NCBI GenBank assembly: GCA_964199315.1
Contig: OZ116700.1
Location: forward strand, 10,788,001 to 10,852,000
Length of the DNA stretch: 64,000 bases
Direction of reading: 5' to 3'
Source of the DNA: Orbicella franksi
Lineage: Eukaryota
Shown piece after piece: positions 25,032 to 36,900 of the stretch. The number at the start of each line of letters is the position of its first letter. Position 1 is the stretch's first letter. Below the pieces are notes generated by a model. That model saw nothing but the letters and a program-made list of their open reading frames with translations, was not told the DNA's origin and made no database searches. Position numbers and translations under genes: made by a program.

Positions 25032-25547
25032 AAAGGTGTGTATGCTTATATGCTTACTTCTGGCCATCTTCAACAGAGAGAGAAAAACTCCTTGTTTCCC
25101 GCACTACAAGCTTGTGCGTCTTTGTTTTGAATTCAAGTCACATGAGCCAGAGGCAGTGATGTTCTTTGTTAACGTTTAACTAGAGAACACCAAGCATCAA
25201 GGTATATATCTGAGAATCCAGGTATCACTACCCCTGGATTTATTGATCATCGGCATTCTACAAAGGAAACTGAAAAATTGTTTCCCCAGCGGCAGTTCGT
25301 GCTAATATCTAGCAAACAGTTCAAAAAGGCTCTGATCGAGGAATGCAGTGATTACACTGAAGTCAGTTGCAGAAAACAAACGAACATATAATTATTTGGA
25401 ATAAATATGGGAGGACGTGAAATTTATAAATCTTAGAAAGTCCAAGACGTGAGAAATTCACAAACCTTGCCAATACTCACATTCAGATTTAAGGGAATGA
25501 CGCATTGAACTGAAGGTCACACGTGATGTTGCAAACTTGTACCAATG

Positions 25548-25800
25548 CAACAACAACAACAACAATTTATTGGTATTCCCATATATATGGTATTACCTTA
25601 AATAACAATATATAAAATATATAAAAAGAAAGAAATTAAAGATAACAATATCACTAATCACATCAAATTAAATAGGATTACAAGTTTCTCTTCTATGCAA
25701 TGCTTCATATGCAAAATAACCTAGTTTCTTACAAATAAACGAATCAACATTATCAAATAGGGATAGAGTTTTATCAGTATTGTTCAAAAGATTGAATGAT
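25548..25800 (-). mobile_element. 5'-truncated LINE 3' end (CR1/L2-like)
   Basis: Minus strand reads FNLLNNTDKTLSLFDNVDSFICKKLGYFAYEALHRRETCNPI*, then a short 3' UTR, AATAAA and a (TTG)n tail. Confidence 0.55.
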
Positions 25801-26977
25801 GGGTATTTTAATTTAGTACAATGTCATTTGTTATTTGTTGCCTAATAGATTTATAACAGGCACAATGAAATAAGAAATGCTGATTGCAAAAGCAGGCAAA
25901 CTGAGACAGTGAAAGACATCATGCAGGGTATAATACATCATATTAATCGACTAGTAAGAAAACTTCCGATTTCTAAAGTCAGTCTGCAGAAAATTTGACC
26001 ATAAACAAAAGAGCATAAGAGAATAAAATAATAGGTCATAAAATTCGCAACTAGCAACTGTATGGAAAGGTTCAAGGGGGAGAGATGCCCAAACCGTTTG
26101 CCCGTTTATCTCCAGTGTCCACCTCAGTCCACAGGTGCAAGGGAAGTTTGTCAAGACGTACAATTACAAACTGGGACAGAGCAGGAACAGTGAACCAAGT
26201 GGAAAGAGGGTGAATTGGGAACGTTGCAGCCAAGCAGCAAATTCATAATACGGTCGGTAAAATTATAGATGAGTCGGAGGTAAAAAAACAGGAGGAGTCT
26301 TGAAGGACCACAAAATGCGTAACACAGTACATCAAAGAACAAAGTGAAGTACTGTAGCTCTTTCAATAACTAAATTTGTATGTAGTTTCGTTTGGAACGA
26401 AAAAAAATATTTTAAGGTAATAATACTAAGCCAGGATTAAGCATCATTTATGAGAACTTAAGAAATGTTTAGTCATTGCTGGCTTAAACTAACGGAAGGA
26501 TAAACTATTTTTCACTGATTACCCCTCGTAGCCTGCTCGTCTTTGTCTGAACGCGCTCCTCGCCGTAATTGAATCATCCCGCCAGGCGCCGGACTTTCTA
26601 AAAGTCCTTTCCAATAATTCCTGCCTGGCTGTTGCCACGCACGCTCGCGACTTGGTCGCTCAAAGATTGTGCTCTCGCTTCGCTCGAGCGAGATAAACAA
26701 GCAAAGAATTTTATGAGCAAAGGTCGACTTGTGGCAAGTCTGATCTAGCCAGGCGCAAGTGCTCAACACTATCTACTAACCACGGACATGTACAAGGGAT
26801 TACAAGTCGTCTTAGTAAGAAAGTTTGCCGATTTTGTGTCCGCAGATTTGGCCGCCCAGGAAGACGAGATCACCGTCGAGGTCCCCACGCTGGAAATTTA
26901 CCACCGTAACTGAAACTGTGACACAAAAAGCTTAAGGTACAACTTAATAACTCAGATCTCAAAAGCCTTTGCCTACA

Positions 26978-27296
26978 CCCGGGAGGGGGGACTCTCATAC
27001 AAAAGGACAGGGGTGCTCATCGGAAATTTTGAAAAGAACCCCTAAGAGGTACCAAGGTCCTGTTTTGTGGGCGTGCCTTGAAATGTTTTTCACCCCTAAG
27101 AGGTACCAATCATAAAACAACACATTATCTGCTGTCATATTTTTTCTGCTCAACACCTTAAAAGGTACAGCAAAAGCTCCAGCTGTGGACCTTTTGAGGC
27201 TGAACACCCTGAGGAGTATCAAAACCGCTTTTCAACCCCTAAAAGGTACGACGAGCACCCCCGTCCTTTTTACTTGGGATTCCCCCCCCCCCCGAG
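26978..27296. mobile_element. MITE with CCCGGG/G-run termini
   Basis: About 40-bp imperfect TIRs (CCCGGGAGGGGGGACTCTCATACAAAAGGACAGGGGTGCTC versus the reverse complement of the right end); five internal CCCCTAAGAGGTAC-like subrepeats. Confidence 0.75.
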
Positions 27297-27806
27297 CCTA
27301 TCGCGAAAGCTAACAATCTAACAAACGATACTAACGATGTTCGTTCTAGATGCCACGCCCCTTGCGTCCGGTCTTAATCTTGATACGAATTTATCATTTA
27401 CCCGATCTTTCGCGGCGTATAGATTACATACTAAATAAGATGCCTGATTAATTCGTCGGATGACTTGTCTGATGTAGATGTGATCTCTTCTTCTAGTAAG
27501 AGAAAAAAAAAAACAAAGAAAACAGGTAATTATGCGACCCGGCAAGTTTAATTTCATGCAGATGATGACAGAGGTATGAAGCTGTCGTGAGACTGTAAAA
27601 AATATTTTATTAATCCGAAATCATGACGGCCAGTCGGATCATTGGAATCTCTGATTTATACACTGCACTGAAATCGGAAGTAGTTTTCTCATCGAACGTA
27701 ATCAATATAGGTTTACGACAACCTAACTTATCTCACACAATCTATACAGTATCAAAGTGTTTACTGTCAAATATCAGACGAAAATGTGGCATGTGAGCGG
27801 GATATA

Positions 27807-28175
27807 CCGTAAATCCTCGAATTAGCGCCCGGGGCGCTTATTTCAAATTTAGGAGAAAACGGGGGGGGGGGCGCCTATTCGAGGGGAGGCGCTTATCGAC
27901 GGGAAGAGGCGCTTATTTAATTTTTCCCAAATTGTGGCCTGAGATGATCATTTTTTTAATACATCATAAGCTGTTTATCGACGTAAAAAGCTGATCCTAA
28001 AGTTTAAATCGCGGCACCGCTAGTACTTGCAATTTTTTTCCAAACTTAACGTGTTCACAAACTGAGACAATGCACAAATCTAATACTACACGACGAAACT
28101 ATACTTCCTTTGTTGTCTCATTACTTGTCCACAAAATGGCGGGAGGGGAGGGGGCGCTATTTCGAGGATTTACCG
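27807..28175. mobile_element. Tc1/pogo-type MITE
   Basis: TA-CCGTAAATCCTCGAATTAGCGCC ... GGCGCTATTTCGAGGATTTACCG-TA; TA on both flanks; internal GGCGCTTATT subrepeats. Confidence 0.8.
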
Positions 28176-30970
28176 TACCTAAATATCCGTTCCTGTAATA
28201 CGAGCCGGATTGTAAACGCGGATTTCGCGTGCGCGAATCGCGTGACTGTGTGAAAACTTCATCTACTATAGCTTTGGTGTCGTTTCCTCCACTACGCTAC
28301 TCTTTGTGGCTCGTGCTGTAACCGCCTCCACTTACCTTATGGTGATCCGCAGGAAGCGATGATACACTTCAGTTAGAAGTGAGCCATGACCCCAAGTGTT
28401 TGATCACGGAACTCAGAAGGCACTCTGTTCTAGTTTCCCTTTTGGCCGACAAGTTTACTCAACGCTCTATGGATCTCTATGAAATAAAACACTACTCCCT
28501 AATCGTTGCTAGCTATTTGAGCGTTAGATTATCGAATTACTGTCCGTCAAATAGTACATCTGAGAGCTTTTGGCTTTCCAAAAATATAACATCACGATGG
28601 AAAAACGTTTTTCGAAGGTTATGCGCTGGCTACGTAGAGACGGAACAATAATTCCAAAAAACTGCAGTTGTTAGCTTGCAGCTGATGAAGCTTATTTACG
28701 CTTTGAAGATAAAATGCTGTCCACATGACAATCACGCGACTCTGGTAAACGTACTAGCTTGTCGAGTGTCCATTTTAATAATCTCACTGCAATTTTTCTC
28801 TATGTTTATATAATTAACAACTTCCACTGGCTTCCTCTCCGGATTGGACTGACATGGAGGGGATCACATCCACGCAACCTGCAGGCCCGCGATTAAGGTC
28901 AAACCACGATGGACAAATCATGTCAGGTGAATGACATTATGAAAACACGGGTCTAGACATTGCAATGAAATTCGGTCGGCGCAGCTCTCACTATTGAATC
29001 CAAGCAATCTCTTCCAGGAACCAATATATTTTTAGCCTCAAAAATTGGCAGTTTCCTTTCCTGTGTATGATAAGCTCATTACGTTAAGATAAGGCAGATC
29101 CCCATTGAGCACGAAAGACCCGCTCACCTCATGGTTTAAGGGCGGGCGGAATCACCGACAGGAAAAGATCATTGATATCGTTAAGAAAGTGGCTGGAAAC
29201 GGACATATTCTGTTACCGAACAAGGGATTAATTAGATTTATTTTTGTACGCCGAAGAGATATGTTACTGTTGTGTCCTCTGACCACTGACCGCAGAAGTT
29301 GAACATCTAACATGACAGACTTTATAATTTCGTGGTTAGCCAATCTAGTTCGATACAAGATTGCTATCTGACGTTTTACAGCGCTTATGCCGAGTTTTCC
29401 TCTTCAAAAGAAGTACTTCATGGCATGTACATTGCACTTAAAAACAAAGTTTCCTTTTCAGCAAAACTTCACTGCAGGCAAGCAACTGCTTCTCTTGCAG
29501 GACTCGTCACGCCTTTATCGGTGTCGCCTGGCTGCAGGCGTGACTTAAGTGGCAGGGCAGAACGGAGCGAAACGCCATTCCACGGTATAGATTACATACT
29601 GCCGTAACTCATTGACTGCTATGAAAGCGATATCCTAAAGTCTAGCTGGCGAACGGTTCGCTAGACTTAATAGAAGATCTCTAATTCAGAATTTTTCAGC
29701 GTTTACTTTATCGAAGACGTTTATCTGATATCGTCATTTAGTGCTAATTTGTCTAATTTTCTTACTAGAAAGCCTTTTTAATGCTCTAAATGTTTTCGAC
29801 GGGCTTTATTTTGTTCAAGTATGTGACTGAGGATTAAATATAATCGACCCATAATTCGGTTAGCGAACGCTGAAAGCAAAACTCTCGATAATTTCAAACT
29901 CGAAGGCGTGCCAATTATTCAACTTCCGGGCCAAATGGGCACGGCAGTAAACCAATATAATGTGGATATAATGTGGTGAAAAATGGGAAAGAAAGAAACG
30001 AAAATAAGTAAAAGAACGCGCAGAAAAATAAATATTGTCGTTATTGCTGATTGCTAACGAGATATGTCTGGTTTACAATGTACTTGGCGTAATTCCGTTG
30101 ACCCGAGTCGGCTGGGACCTATATCTCTCAAACCGTTATTGATCATGCATGCATCCATTTGGCTTAAAGTAAAAAAACACGCGTTGAATATCTGATCAAT
30201 TTAGCCTTTGCGCATTTGTGAGTGTCGCGATCTATCGGGAGGAAAACTTTTTGCCAAAAAAAAATGAATCAGTGTCGAAACTGAGCGCGGAGTTCCTTGT
30301 CGACAGTTTCAGATCAGAAAGTTCCTTTGATGATTCCTCTCAATTTATTTTTTCCTTAGGATTTCATTGATGATATTACTTTTCGACAATTTTAATTTAA
30401 AATCCTGTTCCACCTCGGCTTTTATTTATCCTGTTCAGATTTCTACAATTTAAGTTTTGCTATTGCGGCGTTTTCGCACATTTTTGACAGCTGGGTAACT
30501 TTTGTGTTATTTTTTGTTGCTAGCAAAACATTGCTAAAATAAACAGAGTATAGAAAGGGTGCGAACAGCCGGTTCCAAAAAGCTACCAACCCTCTTTATT
30601 TTTGCATGTAGAAGCACTTAAATATAGCATTTTGAGCTTTCGTAACTGAGTTTTGAATGTTCTAGAATTTTTTTTTTTTCTCGTCTGTGATTGTGTAATG
30701 GGCTGAGTAGGAAATCCGTCAGATTTGATCAAGTCTCTTTCGGGTAGCCGCGAGTGCCGTCATAAGCATCAACCAATTAGAATGCGAGTTGTCGGTCATC
30801 TGATCGCAAAGTCAACACTCCAGAGTTTCCTTTCGAACAAGAAAAACATGGCGGTGAAATTGATGAGTCGTTTGTTTTTTAAGTAGAATTTTTAACGTTG
30901 TAGCCCTGGATAAAGCACATAATGGGTTGATTTATACGATGCAGTATATGGTTTGGCTAACTAGACCAGA

Positions 30971-33900
30971 ATGGATAAACATGACCGCTTTCTTGGTGAG
31001 TTTTTCGTCTGTAAACTTGGGGCCTGTTTACAGTGACTGCGTGTGTTGTATCGCTTCTTCATCCGTGATTTCCATATTTCGTATTTGTCTTCATAATCTT
31101 CAAGGCTTGGGCTTGTTTATGTTACTATATTGAAAACATCTAATACTCAAGCGATCTTTTAATCTACATTGTTTTATGGACGTTTTTTGAACGCCATCCC
31201 TCATGTGTAAACTGTATTCTCACCATCAAGTCACTCTCTCAACAGCTATCAACCAAACGCTCCCTGGCTTGGAAGATTTTCTCAAAGTGGTCCTTGGTAG
31301 CGAGCCATTGAGTGAGGAAGCGAACAGACAACGAATTGAATTTCTCAGAAGGTTAGAAAGTGTATCGCGACCGCCATCGCTGCCGCCTAGACCTGCAAAC
31401 TTGAGTGAAATTTATCGCACGCGTCTCCAGCAAAACGAAGCTCCGTCCGGAAGCGGCCTACAAGATGAAAGCAGTGTGTATAAAAACGACAAAGCAATAG
31501 ACCCAGTTCAGTTTGCCTCACAGCAACGTGAATTATCCAGAATCGCTACCCTGTGCAAGACTTATGCTCCGCAAACTGTTATTATCGGCGAGAAGGGAAA
31601 TAGAAATGGAGGCTTGTATTTTGCAAGGCCGGGAAACACAAGGGTAAGTGATGAGGCTTCCGTGAAGCGACTCTTATGACTTTCTTGAAGTTTCTTGATG
31701 TATACTTCAAGGCATAGCCTTTTAAGTTGTCTTAATTTGTACTTATCCCTTGTACGTGACTGTATTTATTATTCAAAGTAATATACTTGCCCTCCCTGCC
31801 GCGAAATACAGTACCGAGGCATGAATAATTTCGTAAACGTGAACTCGCATATTAGCGAAACCAGTTGATCTCCTCTGATCTGATACCGCATTGTGAATGA
31901 AAAAAATTGTGCAGGCTGTGAATATTGCCCTTTTACCCGTAAGCTAATTTTCGATTAACTTAACGCAGTGTAGTGAATCACGTCAGGGATATGTATAAAT
32001 TTGTGAAAATGTGTACGTAGCTAATACAGTTATCGCGTGGAAATAATCGATCAGTAATACTTCATTGCTGATAAACGACTGAAATCTACAAGGTAGCTTT
32101 CTTCATTGAATTTAAAATCGTTCTCTTTGTGGAGTTAAAACAGCATTTATACAATTGGTTGTTTTTAAATAGAATATAGTCATGGTTTCGTTTCAAAAGA
32201 CACAAAAGATCTTTTGTTCCGTTTATGCTAAATTACCGCAGATCAACACCTTGCAATTTCCAGCGGTTTTATGGAGAGGAGAGTTTTTGTTTCAGACGGA
32301 TGTTACAGTCACCCCCCAAAAATTCTGTGCTATATAATTTCAACTTTTAACCTTTCTGAAATACTGTGTATATATATCAAGCTAATTTTAATATTCAATT
32401 TATAGCAAAATAGCACTTTGATGCATTTGTAATATTAAATTTCCTTGCTTTACTTTATGGACTTTCTCTTTCCTCGAAGAACTAGTCAGTTACAAGAATA
32501 GTTATGGTAACTGAAAATTAATCAGAATTGAAAGTGAAAGATATTTTCGACTGACTTGCTGAAGCATAAAATGAGTTTTGTCAGTTTCACATGATCTTAA
32601 CTTCTATCTAGTTCCAAATACTAGAAAGCGATGATGTTTCAAGAAGAACGCGATGACATTTTTGTCTTCTGTAGTGTATGATTTCAAGCTCATATCTCAG
32701 ATCAATGTGTAAATGTAATACTGGAATCTTCATGTTATTATCAAAGATTATCTGCAACGGCAACGTTAAGACGCTCAAAAATTCTTCAGATCTTGTTGCA
32801 AAGGAGTTCTTGAAAGTCTGTAGAAATATATTTTTTAATATAATTGTTTTTTCTGACTTAAATGTAAATTGTTTTCTAACCTTTGTACTAAACCTTCATT
32901 TTATCATGAAATTAACTATCACCACAGACATTTTATCTTTTTCTTTAAATTTATACAAAAGTTACGTGGGTTTATAAATACCAAAGTTTATAGGTAAAAA
33001 ATAATCCTAAATGCTGACTTACATGTTGACATGTTATCTTGCTCAAGAGTGCAACATTAGAATCGTGTGAATTTTTTGAAATGTTTTACAAGCAAAAGAT
33101 ACTATGCAAATATAAACTATAGTGTAGATTGTCACATTGTCATTAGACCACATCATTGTGATAGACTTTTTAGGATCTCTGCTAAAAGCTTTGAACAATA
33201 AAATCTAAGAGGTGTGAAGATCGGCCAGTCTTTTACACATGAAAGTCCATAATAAGCACCCAGATATTCTAATCACAAGATTTTTTTTTGTCTTTTCTTT
33301 TTAAAGCTTCACATGAAGAGTCGAGATCTCTTATTTTTAGAGAGTAATTAGTTCATATTACCAGGATAAATATGATGTCATGGCAAACAGTTTCAAGTTA
33401 CCATTGCCGTAATACTGAGTTATCCTAAACTTCACAGTGGCTGGTAAAACATATTAATCTTTCAACTGGGAAAAGATTGTGGTAGATTTTCTGACATTTC
33501 TTCAAGCAGCAATGCTTACTTGTGGCGTAAAGCACTCTGTTTTTCTTTGTGTGCCTGTTGACCTTGCTTGACATAATTAGCATTTTTGACAAGCCTTCTT
33601 GAACTACAGCAATTAATACCACATTTGAATTTTTTCTCAACGATTGTCTATCACTTTAGTTGATTTTCCTATTGAATGAACCATCAATATTACTTTCTCC
33701 ATGTAATTATAACCTACATGTACTGTATCTCTTTTCATCTAAGTGATCCTCAGATACCATGTCTTTGTAGTTTTTCTTGAATCTAAGCAGCTTAAATTTT
33801 TTGCATATCAGAGACCTTATCTTTGGGCCTAAAATGCTTTAGTTTTGGATTTTCATGTGAGACAGATTGGTGCAAAACAATCCACAAGAAACAAGTTAAT

Positions 33901-36900
33901 CAGGATTAAGATTTTGACAGTCATAAAGCTGAAATTATATCTACTAAATCATCTAACCATAATACTTGAGTTATCCTTTGTCATCGTAGGAAAAATGAAG
34001 GTGATTCCCTTTTGAAATAATTTGGCAGGGTATTTTTTTTGAAATTATTAATTTCAAACTTTATGGATTGTTCTATGCTTGCATCCAGCAGATTACTGTA
34101 TTTTGATGTCAAGTTCAGGTTTATATGTGTGTAAATTGTTTGAGTGTCCTATGTAAAGAACTGAACAAAATTAAATGACAATCCTGGACACTCTATTTTG
34201 TATTGTTCAGTTCCAGAAAATATCCATACTCCCCCCACAGAAGGGATTGGAATATCCTGGGGGGTAGGGGGTTCTGTGGACCAAAAAAGTTAAAGAAATG
34301 TATGAAGCTCAATCGAAATTTCCAGAGGGGTGGGGGGGGGGGGGGACTTCCCTTCCGTGGGGGAGGTATGGATATTTTCTGGGACTACACATTATTGTGT
34401 TTTTATGTGCAGCCAATATGTTCCATACAACAGTGGTTTTGTAACAAATTGTTACTAGTTAGTTCCTGGAACTCACTCTGTGATACTCTCCAGTCCTAGT
34501 CCATAAATGATCGAGTGTAACCTACATGTAGCAGGATACACAAATTTAGTGAATATTCAGCAACCTACCAAAAAAATAAATGACAAGAGCGATTATTATT
34601 ATTTTTTAAATTTTCTTGCACTCATTCTAACAAGGGAACTGAGCTGTTTGATAGCAACTAAGATTTGTTTTTAGTTACTAATCAGTTTATAAACTTGTGA
34701 TAAATTGGTAACAACTAGCCAGGCTTCTTTATAATTTGTAAACAGTAGCTGCTTTCAAAAGAAGATAGCCTTTTTAGTCTCAAATAGAGCAAGATCTAAT
34801 GATGAACAGATACATTGTAATTTTCGTGTTATTCAAGAAGTACAGGAGGTGTCAAAAAGGAGGTGTCAAAAAAAAAATTAACTTTGAATTTTATTTTTTT
34901 GAAATGAATACTCGTCTGTTGGAAGCTTCTAAGAAACATGTGGTAGCATTTTTAAGTAAAGCAAAACGCTTTGCTGTTCTGTGATGATCTTGAAGCTTGA
35001 GGACTAGATGTGGTTGTTTTCTTGTGTACAAGTACAGGGCCGTGATCTAGAAGTGCCTGCGTGCCACAGGCGACTAACTTTTGCCTTTGGGCGACTCGAA
35101 AAACTTACTTGTTCATATAAGCTTAAGTGCTGCGTACCCAGAATTTCATGGTTGGGAACCACTGGTTTCCTTGTAATTTTTCTTATACCACAGCCTTGAA
35201 GCACGTTCACTTTGTGCCTGTGTGATCACTAGCTGATATGATTCAGCTATGTTTGACATTTCAGGATGGCATTCGAGACTCCATACAGAGTACAAGCAGT
35301 ATGGAAGATGACCTCTATGAACATCTGAGTTTGAAAAGCATTTCACCCTCGGATCCTGTCAGCACACAGGACGCTGATGGAAGTACTAAAACAGAAGATT
35401 CATTTGTGTTTCCCAGCCCACCAAAGACTCCTCAGGAACATTCCTCCTCTATTTACATCCCCACTCGGTCAGGCAGTTTGAGGGCTTCTGGAGGCAAAGG
35501 CAGACTGTCTACAGGATGGTAAGTACTTAATATATGAACCACATAGGAGACAAAAAAAAATAGATTTATAAGCAGGCTGATACTGTTTCTCCTAGACAGA
35601 TTTAAAACAATATTTTTATGAATTTTTATAATTGCAATCTTCCTTGTTTCTTGCTTGAGGTAGTTATGGTTTAAGACGAAATCTGATAGGAAATCGAACA
35701 ATTTCAACTTTTAGTGGACAAAAACCTTGTTCCAGAATAATTTTAGGTATTTTACAGTCCCTTTTACAATTTTGTGAAGCTGAAGATATAAATAGTTGCC
35801 TGAAATAAAACCAGAAACAATTTCCCATGGGGACTTGAGAAAATAAATTTTAAAGTTCAGATAAATTGTGCAGTCACAGGTAAAATTTTACCATCACTTT
35901 CATTTCACCTGTACTTTCAAGTGTTTCATACGAACTTCACAATTTATTTTCAACACTTGGTGTTGTTAGAAATGATTTTTTTTGAGAAGGTATTTAAAAT
36001 AGTCACACAGAAGTTTGCGAAACGATGAAAGTAATCACAGTTCAAAGTTTTTGTCCGCTTGTTAGTCGAATTTCTGGTGGATTCCTTCTTAAATCTTATA
36101 GCTACCTTGCATGGCAAAATTGCAAACCTTAGCCTAGTACACAAACTGCAACCTGGATCTTGGCTCCAGATAGGCAAAGCCAAACTCAAATGACTCAATT
36201 TGGAGTTAAGCACCTAAATATTAGTCCACCCTGCTTCCATAGCTAATGTAGTACTCTGAGCAAGCAACACTGCGATCAAATAAGTATTTATCCCTGATAA
36301 GTCAACTCTGCCGTGAGTATACTGTAACTTTTTAAACCCCTATGTTTCCTTTTAGGTTTAAGAGAGAGGCAAAATTGAATGAGGAAGTTTACGTGTCACA
36401 CTTAAGGGAACCAGTAATCAAAGGATATCTCAAGGATATCAAGGCAAACAAAAGGCGTTGGTGTGTTTTACAAGGTAATCGCTTACATATCTTCAAGAAC
36501 CAAGAAGATCCAGCGATCATGATTCTGTACTTGCCAGAGTGCAACATTGGTGTTGATGATAAGAAGAAGATCAGCTATAGTTTTAGACTGATTCCTGCTG
36601 ACGGTCCAGGTGTGACGTTAGCCATAGAAGATGGCCAGGACCTTTCTCCATGGATGAGTGCAATTATGGCCGCAGCTGTACGACGAAGTAGTATTGACCG
36701 GCCTGTCAGTCCTCTAGAAGGGTTGTTTTCTTTGGAGCAGGCTAGAGCAGAGAGGATGCGTAGTTCTGAATTGGATGGTGGTATAGAAGAGGAACATGAA
36801 GAACTGGAAGAGGACATTTATGAACAACCTATTGACCATAGTGTGGTAAGTAAGGATTGTGTTATTAAACATACATGTACAAGATTGAATGCTTATCACA

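Noticed and set aside
26512-26930. GC-richer stretch with an 85-aa ORF and an exon-like segment
   Set aside because: No recognisable motif and no consistent splice partners; possibly a decayed repeat.
27035-27255. CRISPR-like series of CCCCTAAGAGGTAC repeats with differing spacers
   Set aside because: Spacing is irregular (about 30-62 nt), the repeats are degenerate, they lie inside a TIR-bounded MITE, the context is eukaryotic and there are no cas genes.
28329-28700. Minus-strand exon ending at AAG/GTAAGT near 28329
   Set aside because: No coding frame leads into the donor; a non-coding exon cannot be supported without transcript data.
17390-30971. Classical bidirectional promoter for the two adaptor genes
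   Set aside because: The start codons are about 13.6 kb apart and separated by many repeats; shared regulation cannot be shown from sequence.
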